From positions 26,044-90,043 of the IMG/VR virus record IMGVR_UViG_3300037067_002514: a DNA stretch of 64,000 bases, one strand, 5' to 3'. The position numbers and the translations under genes were made by a program. Shown here piece by piece: positions 1 to 9,991 of the stretch (within the stretch, counting starts at the first letter, position 1; every line of letters begins with the position of its first letter). The notes below the pieces were generated by a model that saw nothing but the letters and a program-made list of their open reading frames with translations, was not told the origin of the DNA and made no database searches. The DNA is from a virus. Its lineage: Duplodnaviria > Caudoviricetes.

Positions 1-114
1 TTCTTTAGCCCAACTACATCTTTCTGAAGGTGGACAGGATAAGTCTTTTATTAGTCTACATAACCCCTCTGATGTTTTATATTTGCACCAAAGGGGTGAA
101 TTGCATACTATCAC

Positions 115-2076
115 TTATATACCCATAACTGTTATTGTATAAGTAGCTACCATTCCTGTTGCAGCGGCATCCTTAATACTCATATTTAAGTATCTATTTC
201 CACTCCCGCTTGCCCATAATTGGGGAACTGTCTGCGCTCCAGGTGTTGTAACCGTTGATTTATAGTATCCTGCTGTTTCACCTGGAAGATCGTCAAATAA
301 TGTAGTATAATCTGTAGTTGCACTAGAACCTATACCACAATCAATGTTTGGTTCTGTTGATGTAGCTTTTGTATTTACATTAATTTGTAGATCAAGGACT
401 TTTACTGACTGCCCAAAAGGATTATCTATTGAATTAAAAGCATTTTGTGTGAGAGTTGATATAGTACCACTAAATGTACCTATTTCACCTGGCCCAAACC
501 AACGAACATTATTATAGTAATTTCCCCTATAGGAAAATTTAGTTCCAGACCCTTCATATGTCATAACTGATGACAAATCAGATGTGTGATTGTTTTCTAC
601 CACAAAACCATCAGGTGACCCAGCATTTACACGGAATAATCTGTTACCATACTGCACTGTATTATTAAGGATACGAGTATTATGGACACGATAGTATACA
701 TATAGAAATGCATTATTTGCAGGCCTTCCTATGTAGGAGTTACCTTCAATAGTAACATCATAAATATCCCCTAAAGTTTCTGCTGTAGCTATATATATTT
801 GATTACCATTATATGCTGAATTAATTGTGTTATTGGTAAAATATATACCCCTAACAGTACCACCATCCCTAGTCATAGTAATATATAACGGATAGTACCC
901 ATCTCCCAATAGCTTAACAATATTGTTACAAAAATGTATATCCTTAGCAGTTGGAGCAGTCCATCCACCATCTTCATAACCTATCGTTTCCTCTATATTC
1001 CCATCAACATGAATATTATTGACAGTGCCAGCGACTGTTATCTGCTTACCTGAATTTCCAGATGCGAAACAAGAGGATAGACCAAGCGTTGCTCCATCAA
1101 AGCAAATGTCATCATCTGGATGCTCGTTTTTGTTGAAATAGATGTGATCACCTATCTCCCCTTCAACACCCGATTCTCTAGGTGCCCATCTAGCAGCTTG
1201 CATGGCATGTGTACCATTGTTATCTGAATAGTTATGCTCTACATATATATATGAGTTTGCACCTCTTATACCGATTCCTTCATAGCCACAATAAGTGGTT
1301 TTATTATATTCCACTTTTATATGAGTACAGTTTGAAATCAGGATACCCTGTGCTCTATAGGTAGGATTGTCAAGTAATGAGTACACAACATCAGTCACAT
1401 AGCTTTTTTGCACAGACGATTCTGTGCAATTATCCAACCATATTCCAGCCCAATTTTGAGTAAGACTTTTTGGGAGAGTATCATCCTGGAAGTCGATGTT
1501 TACACCTTTGATTGTAATATTTGTGTTTCCTCCAGAATGATCTGAATTCGTTATCAAAGCTGAACAGTAATATCCAGAAATAGTGTACTGAGCCAGATGA
1601 CTACCATCGTCTGACACATAAACAATATTCCCAGGTTCAAATTCCAACGTTACATTTGATGGAACTAGTATACTTTCAATACAATAATATGTCCCCTTGG
1701 CAGCCCATACTAAACCACCACCACCTGAGGACACTACTGTCAATGCTTGATTAATCGTTGTACTATCTATTGGATTACCAGAAATTCCTGAACAAACAAA
1801 ATCAGCCTGTTCTTTTTTAGGGGAATTAGATGCAGCAATTACACAAACAGCAGTCCTACCTGTAGCAATACCACTGATTGTAGTAGACCATACTGGGATA
1901 CCCCCTACAGAAGATAGTATTCCAGACCCTATAGGAAGTCTTACTAGAGTAGATGCATCTTTAGCATATATCATATCCCCTATTGCTTGACTATCTAATG
2001 CATGTCCAGTAACTGATTCATATTCATCTTTAGTTAATACTGTTCCAACACTTATATGTTTTAATTCATTACTCAT
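115..2076 (-). CDS. Tail spike/receptor-binding protein with right-handed parallel beta-helix (pectate-lyase-like, putative depolymerase)
   Basis: 653 aa; repeated N/G-rich beta-helix turns (e.g. NIHVDGN, GIYFTNN, DVTIEGN, TRILNN); distal tail position; N-terminal ~60 aa shared with the C-terminus of the neighbouring protein. Confidence 0.7.
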   Translation of the reverse strand: MSNELKHISVGTVLTKDEYESVTGHALDSQAIGDMIYAKDASTLVRLPIGSGILSSVGGIPVWSTTISGIATGRTAVCVIAASNSPKKEQADFVCSGISGNPIDSTTINQALTVVSSGGGGLVWAAKGTYYCIESILVPSNVTLEFEPGNIVYVSDDGSHLAQYTISGYYCSALITNSDHSGGNTNITIKGVNIDFQDDTLPKSLTQNWAGIWLDNCTESSVQKSYVTDVVYSLLDNPTYRAQGILISNCTHIKVEYNKTTYCGYEGIGIRGANSYIYVEHNYSDNNGTHAMQAARWAPRESGVEGEIGDHIYFNKNEHPDDDICFDGATLGLSSCFASGNSGKQITVAGTVNNIHVDGNIEETIGYEDGGWTAPTAKDIHFCNNIVKLLGDGYYPLYITMTRDGGTVRGIYFTNNTINSAYNGNQIYIATAETLGDIYDVTIEGNSYIGRPANNAFLYVYYRVHNTRILNNTVQYGNRLFRVNAGSPDGFVVENNHTSDLSSVMTYEGSGTKFSYRGNYYNNVRWFGPGEIGTFSGTISTLTQNAFNSIDNPFGQSVKVLDLQINVNTKATSTEPNIDCGIGSSATTDYTTLFDDLPGETAGYYKSTVTTPGAQTVPQLWASGSGNRYLNMSIKDAAATGMVATYTITVMGI

Positions 2077-2097
2077 TTATCCCCCTAATACCCCAAT

Positions 2098-3924
2098 TTA
2101 TACTATCCAACCAGATGGAATACTTGTAGACCATACAGGAAATCCACTTATTGAGATTAATACACCACTACCTATTGGTAACCTTGCCAATGTAGTAGAA
2201 TCTAAGGCATATATAATATCCCCTGCTTGTTGACCATTTAAGTGAACTGAATGATGATCACTATTTAGATATTGCTCTTCTGTAGTTCCCTCACCTGTTA
2301 AGTGTGATATTAATAAACCAGAACTTACTGATACTCCTGAAACAGTATTAAATGTAACTACATCACCATATCCTGTTCCTGTACCAGTTCTAACAAATGC
2401 ACGTATAGAATAGGAAGCACCAGATACTAATGATGCTATTGATAAACTATAATTACCAGACTCAACCTCATAATCATGTACTACTATATCAGAAATAGTT
2501 GGTGTACCTACACCAGATACATAACAGAAACCCTTATCTAGTATTCTATTACCCCCATTACTGGATATAACACCAATACCTGATACTGTTGTAGCATTTA
2601 CTGTAGTAGGGGTAGAAGTTGATACACTAGGGTTTGTTGGGGTAGTCCAATATGGGTCTTCCATCTTCAGTATAAACTTAGGTTTATAACCCCCACCACT
2701 ATAAGTAACACCAGCATAAAAGAAGTCTTCATCCTTTACATTTAATTGATATATACCAGCAAGTGAGGATACTGGTGATACTACACCATAGGTATCCAAA
2801 GTATCTGGATTAAGAACGTATATTTTACCTACAGATGCTGTTTGTCCTAAACCAACTAGTAGGTGTTGTCCATTGTACCTTAACGCATTAATAATGGTTG
2901 ACGTTTCCCCAGATGGGGGATACCAAGATTCAATTAAACCTAAATCATGGTCTAGTTTTTGAAGGGTACTATCAGTAGCACACCCTACAAAAAAGTATTT
3001 TCCATCATAGTCTATTACATCATTACCACCTGGTGAATTATTGACACCAATAATTGACATATCTGATGTTTTTACCTTATAAGTACCACCATCATCCATT
3101 GTTGTATAAAGATGACCTTCGTGAAGAAGCATATCCTGAACCATTGATAGTATAGGTAGTTCAACAGAAGATACTGTTGTTAGGTTTGACTTTAATATCT
3201 TGTATATATATCCCGAAGCAACCCCACCAACATTTATACCAGATACACCACCATCACCATCATATATTCCAGCATATACATAGGTGTCATCCATTTCAAA
3301 GCCATAGCATAATTTATTAAGTGCTATAGGACAATCCCATGATGATGCAACTACTAGGGTATCAGTACTAACCTTATAAACCCTTGGACTACTGGATGAT
3401 CTAGTACCAACGTATATATACGTTGGGTCATAATCATCTATCTTTGCTGTTGACATAGAATTTAAAGCAGTATCAATTATTTCAATGTAACCAGATACCT
3501 TCATATCTGACTGACCTACTTTATAAACCCTATAGATATTTGAAGTATTACTGTAAGTCCCAAAATATACAAAATCTCTATCTGCATCACCATAATAAGA
3601 AACATATCCATTAGTATCGTCAACACTAAGTATAATACCACTAGTTAAAGGATAACAAATATTGTTAGTGTATCCACTTGGTTCCACAACACCACTATAA
3701 GCCCAAGCTCTATAAAACCATGCATCCCCATTAGTCAATCCAGAGTGGGTTACACTATTACCTGTACCACTATATACTATAGTATCTGTATTATAGGAAG
3801 CTGGATATTGATTTAACTTAGCATTAACAATGGTACCTTGGGCACCACTTCCAGTTTTCCATTCAAGGTACACTTGTGTATTACTTCCTGTAGAAAAGAA
3901 GTTAGTAGGGGATAAAATAGCCAT
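2098..3924 (-). CDS. Virion tail-tip/fibre protein: FN3-like domain + beta-propeller + FN3-like domain + C-terminal docking-type segment
   Basis: 608 aa; FN3-like signatures (VYLEW...VTHSGLTNGDAWFYRAWAY; SIASLVSGASYSIRAFV); ~40-45-aa repeated blades in the middle; S/T-rich linker TTPTNPSVSTSTPTT. Confidence 0.6.
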   Translation of the reverse strand: MAILSPTNFFSTGSNTQVYLEWKTGSGAQGTIVNAKLNQYPASYNTDTIVYSGTGNSVTHSGLTNGDAWFYRAWAYSGVVEPSGYTNNICYPLTSGIILSVDDTNGYVSYYGDADRDFVYFGTYSNTSNIYRVYKVGQSDMKVSGYIEIIDTALNSMSTAKIDDYDPTYIYVGTRSSSSPRVYKVSTDTLVVASSWDCPIALNKLCYGFEMDDTYVYAGIYDGDGGVSGINVGGVASGYIYKILKSNLTTVSSVELPILSMVQDMLLHEGHLYTTMDDGGTYKVKTSDMSIIGVNNSPGGNDVIDYDGKYFFVGCATDSTLQKLDHDLGLIESWYPPSGETSTIINALRYNGQHLLVGLGQTASVGKIYVLNPDTLDTYGVVSPVSSLAGIYQLNVKDEDFFYAGVTYSGGGYKPKFILKMEDPYWTTPTNPSVSTSTPTTVNATTVSGIGVISSNGGNRILDKGFCYVSGVGTPTISDIVVHDYEVESGNYSLSIASLVSGASYSIRAFVRTGTGTGYGDVVTFNTVSGVSVSSGLLISHLTGEGTTEEQYLNSDHHSVHLNGQQAGDIIYALDSTTLARLPIGSGVLISISGFPVWSTSIPSGWIV

Positions 3925-3933
3925 TAGAACCTC

Positions 3934-4362
3934 CTATGAACCTAGCTTATGCTGTATAGAGAAAGTAGCTACTAGGCTATCACCTTGAGTACCATCTAGT
4001 GGAATACCTGCTGTATATGAGCATAATCCAAAAAGTACATCACCGTCTGTATTAACACCACCATGTCCTGATACTGTAACTGATACACCACTAGCAGGGG
4101 TAAATGTTACTGATACCTTACTAGTGTCACCTGAAACTGTAGTAGTTACTATACTACAAGCACCAGAAGCTACTGCTAAACCAGTTTCTGTACACTTAGT
4201 TACACCAGCATATGTACTAGTTTCTGCTACGGTATTTGATTTTAATAGGACTATCTTAGTCATAGGTGTTGCTGCTATACCAGCTAATAGTTTAGCCATT
4301 TCTACATATCCTTCATTAGTTGTTGATACTGCCATGTAAATACCTCCAAAATCCTTTTTCAA
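3934..4362 (-). CDS. Small virion tail protein (probable start MAVSTT at 4335)
   Basis: G/S/T/V-rich beta protein in the tail-tip cluster; GGAGG RBS upstream of ATG at 4335. Confidence 0.5.
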   Translation of the reverse strand: MKKDFGGIYMAVSTTNEGYVEMAKLLAGIAATPMTKIVLLKSNTVAETSTYAGVTKCTETGLAVASGACSIVTTTVSGDTSKVSVTFTPASGVSVTVSGHGGVNTDGDVLFGLCSYTAGIPLDGTQGDSLVATFSIQHKLGS

Positions 4363-4567
4363 AGGAAAACTTTAAAACTTCTCTATTTATTAAACCCTCT
4401 CTGAAACCACTAGGTGTAGTAGCATTAGGGTGAATAGTACACCACCTTATTCTCCATTGATTATACCTAGATTTCATTAAAGAAAGAGTTGTACTTTCTA
4501 CATAAACTACCTTCCCTCTCCTGTATTTTACTACTTCATATATTGGTATGTCACCACTAGGTATCAT
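4316..4567 (-). CDS. Hypothetical tail-region protein (83 aa from ATG 4567)
   Basis: Start overlaps the upstream stop codon (TAATG at 4565-4569), suggesting translational coupling. Confidence 0.45.
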   Translation of the reverse strand: MIPSGDIPIYEVVKYRRGKVVYVESTTLSLMKSRYNQWRIRWCTIHPNATTPSGFREGLINREVLKFSFEKGFWRYLHGSINN

Positions 4568-4998
4568 TATGAAACCCTCATCATTGTCATTTCTATATCC
4601 CAAGTATCTTCCCCAGTATATGGAAAAGAGTTTGCATTTACAGGATGTGGTGAGGCAGAGAAATCAGTTATAAATACAGAGAACATATCAGTAACCCTAG
4701 TTTCAGTCTCATCAAATGTACCATGTAGATGGTCTCTACAACCATTTATAACTGCCCTTCTCCTATAGAAAGCCTCTAATTTTCTTTTCATTATACCAGA
4801 TACAGCAGTAAACCTTAATGTCCTTATAGCCCCATTGAAACCATCTGAGTGTATGTTGGGAAAGCTACCACCTATAGGATTAAATTGGGAATATCTTAAT
4901 ATATACTTCCATCCAGTATCACCACCATGCCTATCTGGATTTCTCTCAAATATATAAACGTACTCACCACCTTTATCAAACATCCATCTATATATCAT
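4567..4998 (-). CDS. Putative distal tail (Dit-like) protein
   Basis: 143 aa immediately after the tape measure gene, coupled start/stop; position-based call. Confidence 0.4.
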   Translation of the reverse strand: MIYRWMFDKGGEYVYIFERNPDRHGGDTGWKYILRYSQFNPIGGSFPNIHSDGFNGAIRTLRFTAVSGIMKRKLEAFYRRRAVINGCRDHLHGTFDETETRVTDMFSVFITDFSASPHPVNANSFPYTGEDTWDIEMTMMRVS

Positions 4999-7900
4999 TA
5001 TCTTCCACCATTCCTTTCACCATAACCATATGTACCAGATTGTGCCTTTATTACTGTCTGTAGAGAAGACCTTTGTTTATCAGTAACATTTGTACTAAGA
5101 ATAGAATTTAGTAGATTAAGTATATTATCTGATAACTTAATTAAGTTTGTGTTTACTGTTCCTAGTGAATCAGCAGCTTGCTTACTATAAATATCACTAG
5201 AGGTATATGTACCTTCCCTAGGAAATGGGTGTACTGTTGGTATAGATTGATACCAAGAAGGTTTATTATACTCAGCATATATTTCATTTGAAGCAGTATT
5301 TTCTTCTAGTGCTCTTGTAGACATTTCTACAGCTTTAGTATTAAGCCTTTGTTCATACATTAAACCAGTAGTTACATCATAGAACTGGTATAACTGGGTA
5401 TCTTTATACCCTAATCTTTCTGCCTCTTTGGTATACTTATCTATGTTCTCTTTTATAAAAGGAACTACTTTATTATACTCACTTGTTCCCATTATATCTA
5501 GGTTTTTCCTATCATCCTGCATATCCCTTAAACCAATCTCAAGAGCTTTACTAGGCATATTTAAGGTAGTAGTCTCCCCTGTTTTATAGTTAAATAGTGT
5601 TTGTAAGGATGGGTCAGTTTCACCTATTAACCCTGCCTTTTTTATAAAATCATCTTTATTCTTTTGTAAGTGATCAACTATATTCCTATACTCATCATCA
5701 CCATACATTGATATATCACCAAAGGTCTTATAGGTTGATGCCCTCTTTGTTGCTGCATCAGCAGCCTTAGATAAAGACTCAACTTCGTTAGCCTTATTTA
5801 ATATAGTAGACAGTATTTCCAAAAGGTCATTTACAGCGTCTATTGCACCCTTTTTAGTTAAATTTCCTGCTTCTTTTGTTATTTTTTCCATAGCACCATT
5901 CATTTGTTCTATGTAATTCTCATTACCTGCATATTCTGGTATGTCAACTACAATATTTTGTTCCCTTAAACCCTTCTCTACTTCCTTTGCCCTATCTTTA
6001 TCAAACTGATTTAACTCCCTTGTTTTTCCAACTATATCACTAGTTAATGCTACAATCGTAGATATCATACCTGAATTATACTTAGTTAGGTATAACCATT
6101 GTTCTATTTCTATCTCTGAGAAAGCATCAAGCATACCTTTTGTGTTCTCTTTAACCTCTTTAGCTGATACCTTATAGGTAGGATAGCTTTTTGATATACC
6201 CTCATAAGATGATTTAGCTGACTCATATGCAGAATCACTCATACTAAATTGGGTTTCATTTAACCTATCTAAATTAGCTCTTTCCCACTCTACTAGGTTT
6301 AAACTCTTACCTTCAAAATCAACAAGTGTACTCTCAGCTAATTGTTTAACTTCCTTTTGAAAAGTAAACTGTTTAGTTTGTTCCTTTGCTAAATCTTGCC
6401 TTCTCTTTAAAGCATCTGATTCCAGTTTCATGGCATTAGCTAGAGAGGTGGAAGCCTGTTCTTCAGATAACATTCCCCTCGCCCTTAGGTCTAGTATAGG
6501 GAGAAGGGCATTTATACCCTCTGTTAACTCCCCAAAGGCAACACCATTATTCCCTGCTAGTTTAATAAAATCCTCAATTTCTAAGGTTCCATCTAATAAG
6601 GCATCTGCATACTCACTCATACCCCTTCCTAATGCTTTAGCGAATACCTCATCAGTTATTAACCCCTGTTTATTAGCATACTTTAATGCAGTAAGAGCAC
6701 CATATCCCTCTTCCCAATCCTTCTTACTAACCCCCCTATAGTTTTCAAGATTAGTATTAGCACTCTTAAGAACTTCTTCCCCGCTTTTAGAAAATGCCCC
6801 TGCCCCCATTCCACCAAAGGTAATATATGACCCACTTCTACTAACAATATTCTCTATATTGCTCCACTGTTTAGAATAAACATCAGCAGGAGTTTCTTCA
6901 GGTGCAGACTTAATCATTCTCTTTCTATATTCTGCATCTGTTTCATCTTCCATAGGTGCTGTCTTCTTACCCGTTACTATCTCTTTTAAATCAAGAGAGA
7001 AAGCATCAGCTACACCAGAGAACATTTTCTTTATTCTATCCTCTTTTGAAATAAATGCGTCTGCTGCTAAATCACCAATCAACTTACCAGCTACACCACC
7101 TATTGCCATTCCTATAATACCACCAGCACTACCAGCCATAGTACCCATAGCAGACATTATAGAACCAGCCATACTAGAACCCATAGCCTGATTAGCAGCA
7201 AAGGATACCATTCCACCCATCATAGAAGTACCACTATACATAGCCTTTAATCTACTATCTGAACCAACAGGATTGGTCATAAAAGTACCAAACTTTCTAG
7301 ACCTATCAGCTACGTATGCTCTAAAACCTTTACCATAGGTCGTATCTACACCCTGTCTTCCAGATAAAGGTGAATCTGCTGATTGAGGATTACTCCACTC
7401 TTCTATAGGTGACATAGCTAAAGGCATATTAGTTTTCATACTAAACGGAATACTGCCTACAGTTTTAACATTTCTCCAAGGGTCATACTTTATTGTTTCT
7501 TTGTAGGACTTCTGTATCTCTCTAATACGATCATCACCAATCTTTATAACCTCATCTACTGACTTTGGTATAGTAGTAGTGGCTATCCTAATACTATTTG
7601 AGTATGTTCTTGATGATTCCCCCCAAGCTTTTGATACCTCATTTTGATACTTTTTTATATCATTTTCACCAATTCTACCAAGTTCCTCAAATTGAGCAAT
7701 TGCACTAGGCTTGAATCCTACTTTAATTTTACTAATCTTATTTAAGTATGCCTGTCCCTCTTTAGTTTGCATACCTATATCTGCAAGATTCTTAGCACTT
7801 CTCTGAGTAGGGTCAACATATGGTGAACCAACAAAGGATATACCACCTTTAGAACCCTGTATTATATTAGGAAGATACTGTACTTTTTGATTTAATCCTA

Positions 7901-9677
7901 TAGATTGAGTACCCATGCCATATGCTAATGGACTAGCTTGAGCTTTTTCTAATTCACTAGCAGATAAGCCAGCTACATTCAACAGTGGTACATAAGGATT
8001 TCTAGCAAAGGTTATACCTCTTTTGCTTGATGGGAGGGTCTTTTCAGTAAAACCTTTATATAAAGCACCCCTCTTAGATTCTTCTTCTAGTACATCTGTA
8101 CCAGCTTTAGTTGCATAACTCTTCCACTGTCCACCATTACCTGTTTCAAATACAACTAAACCTTGATCTGGTTTTACTAATGATTTAGCATAGTTAGGGC
8201 TTACTGCTGCCCTTAATGCACTAACCTCATTTCTTATACCCGATGTTATACCACCTAGCATACCTTTTTCACCAGTAATACCCAACCACATAGGTACCTT
8301 AGAGGCAAGCTTTAAGGCACCTAAAGAAGCTACAATTACCATTATTGTTTTAGCTAATCTAAATAAACTAGTATCAGCATTTGATACCCAGTCAAATATC
8401 TTTGCTAGATTTTTTAAGGCATTACTTAAATCATTGATTATACCTGTTTCAGAACCTAAAGCCATAGAAAGTTTATCCTGTGATGCAGTAAACTTATCCC
8501 AGCTATTAGCTAGTGTATCAACAATCTTTTCATTAGCAGTAATAGCATCATTTTGTGCTTCTTGACTAATCGTAGCTGTTCTCACTGCTGTAGGAATGTT
8601 ACCCAATAAAGCAAGGAACTTAGCATAATTTCTTTGACCAGCACCAGCAGCTTTAGCTATTTCCAACCATTGGGCATCATTTAGGACATTCAACTCCTTT
8701 AATGCTGATAAATCAAGCATAACATCCCAGAAACCTCTTAAGTCACCTGTTGATGTTTTTGCAGCTACACCATATTTTTCAAGAAGTTTAATAGAACCCT
8801 CATTATATAAGGTAGACATTAAACCTCTTATTGTATTACCTAGTTCAGTAGGTGACTGTGTAACTGTTTCAGATAAGGCAGCTACTATACCATTCATTTG
8901 ATCAATAGTCATACCAGCAGCTTTTCCAGCTTCTGCCATAATAGCAAAGGTTTGTGATAGATCATTAACATTAACAGCAGCATTCTTTGATACAGCAGTC
9001 CATTTATTTAGTAGAGTTAAACCACTATCTAAATCTAATCCAGTTTGTCTCAAAGAACCTACTAGGATGTCAATAGATTGGCTATACTGCATTCCAGTTA
9101 GGTTAGCAAGTATAGATGCATCTTTAAGTAATCTTACAGATACAGCAGCCCTTTCTGCACTTTCACCATACTTTGCCGTAGCTCTTAGTGCTAAATCCAT
9201 TCCATTTAATGTTTGGTTAATCGGCATACCAAATTCAATAGCTACTGCTGCAACATCCTTAAAGTATTTATAAAGAGAATCACCTACAGCAGAAGTTGTA
9301 ATACTGATACGAGATAAAGTAGTCTCTAATTCCTTCCATGTTACTATTGTTTCAGAAACTTTATGCATTACACCATATACAGCAGCTATAGCTATCTGCC
9401 ATACAGCAACCTTTTTAGCAGCCTCACCAGCTATCCTACCAAAGTTATCCATAGTAATAGTACCCTTTGATACAGCGTCACTAGAAAAGGATACATCCAT
9501 AGAATTACCCATAGCATCTATGTTTTTAGTAGCATTCTGTATATTTTGGCGAAAATCATACATTAAGGAATTATACTTCTGTATATCCCTCATGTTGTTA
9601 GGATTTAAACCCATATTAGCCATTGTAGGGTAAAATCCTGTTTCCATTATCTGCTTAGATACTTTATCTAAAGGCAT
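4998..9677 (-). CDS. Tail tape measure protein
   Basis: 1559 aa; TP901-type core (AIEFGMPINQTLNG...VSKNAAVNVNDLSQTF...GNTIRGLMS); G/A/M-rich hydrophobic patch; directly downstream of the frameshifted chaperone. Confidence 0.9.
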   Translation of the reverse strand: MPLDKVSKQIMETGFYPTMANMGLNPNNMRDIQKYNSLMYDFRQNIQNATKNIDAMGNSMDVSFSSDAVSKGTITMDNFGRIAGEAAKKVAVWQIAIAAVYGVMHKVSETIVTWKELETTLSRISITTSAVGDSLYKYFKDVAAVAIEFGMPINQTLNGMDLALRATAKYGESAERAAVSVRLLKDASILANLTGMQYSQSIDILVGSLRQTGLDLDSGLTLLNKWTAVSKNAAVNVNDLSQTFAIMAEAGKAAGMTIDQMNGIVAALSETVTQSPTELGNTIRGLMSTLYNEGSIKLLEKYGVAAKTSTGDLRGFWDVMLDLSALKELNVLNDAQWLEIAKAAGAGQRNYAKFLALLGNIPTAVRTATISQEAQNDAITANEKIVDTLANSWDKFTASQDKLSMALGSETGIINDLSNALKNLAKIFDWVSNADTSLFRLAKTIMVIVASLGALKLASKVPMWLGITGEKGMLGGITSGIRNEVSALRAAVSPNYAKSLVKPDQGLVVFETGNGGQWKSYATKAGTDVLEEESKRGALYKGFTEKTLPSSKRGITFARNPYVPLLNVAGLSASELEKAQASPLAYGMGTQSIGLNQKVQYLPNIIQGSKGGISFVGSPYVDPTQRSAKNLADIGMQTKEGQAYLNKISKIKVGFKPSAIAQFEELGRIGENDIKKYQNEVSKAWGESSRTYSNSIRIATTTIPKSVDEVIKIGDDRIREIQKSYKETIKYDPWRNVKTVGSIPFSMKTNMPLAMSPIEEWSNPQSADSPLSGRQGVDTTYGKGFRAYVADRSRKFGTFMTNPVGSDSRLKAMYSGTSMMGGMVSFAANQAMGSSMAGSIMSAMGTMAGSAGGIIGMAIGGVAGKLIGDLAADAFISKEDRIKKMFSGVADAFSLDLKEIVTGKKTAPMEDETDAEYRKRMIKSAPEETPADVYSKQWSNIENIVSRSGSYITFGGMGAGAFSKSGEEVLKSANTNLENYRGVSKKDWEEGYGALTALKYANKQGLITDEVFAKALGRGMSEYADALLDGTLEIEDFIKLAGNNGVAFGELTEGINALLPILDLRARGMLSEEQASTSLANAMKLESDALKRRQDLAKEQTKQFTFQKEVKQLAESTLVDFEGKSLNLVEWERANLDRLNETQFSMSDSAYESAKSSYEGISKSYPTYKVSAKEVKENTKGMLDAFSEIEIEQWLYLTKYNSGMISTIVALTSDIVGKTRELNQFDKDRAKEVEKGLREQNIVVDIPEYAGNENYIEQMNGAMEKITKEAGNLTKKGAIDAVNDLLEILSTILNKANEVESLSKAADAATKRASTYKTFGDISMYGDDEYRNIVDHLQKNKDDFIKKAGLIGETDPSLQTLFNYKTGETTTLNMPSKALEIGLRDMQDDRKNLDIMGTSEYNKVVPFIKENIDKYTKEAERLGYKDTQLYQFYDVTTGLMYEQRLNTKAVEMSTRALEENTASNEIYAEYNKPSWYQSIPTVHPFPREGTYTSSDIYSKQAADSLGTVNTNLIKLSDNILNLLNSILSTNVTDKQRSSLQTVIKAQSGTYGYGERNGGR

Positions 9678-9684
9678 TGTTCTC

Positions 9685-9991
9685 CTAAGTGTCCTCTATC
9701 TCTGAATCTTCTAATGGAAGATTGAATTCAGTTTGCTTTTCACCATTAGAGTATATCCTATCAAACCAGTCCTCAAGTTCTTCATTCTTGAACCACAATT
9801 CCTTCGGAGGTTGTTTATCTTTAGGTAACTCCATAAAGGAGTCTATTTGTGTTCTCTTTCTTACTAGGAAGGATATTGTATACGGATAATCTGATGATGC
9901 TATACCTATTAAACTACTATGTAGTGGTATGTTATTTATTCTAGCAATGCGCCATACCCCTAAAAAAGCATTGCTATCTATCAGTTTTTTA
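9685..9991 (-). other. Programmed -1 frameshift extension of the tail assembly chaperone (G-T type)
   Basis: Slippery heptamer A AAA AAC (9990-9984) just before TGA 9983-9981; the -1 frame is open for 99 codons (LIDSNAFLGVWRIARINN...ELPKDKQPPKELWF...EIEDT*, stop 9687-9685) with no start codon near its 5' end. Confidence 0.85.

Noticed and set aside
1870-2290. Diversity-generating retroelement TR/VR pair
   Set aside because: Differences are not adenine-specific, both copies are coding, and no reverse transcriptase is in the window
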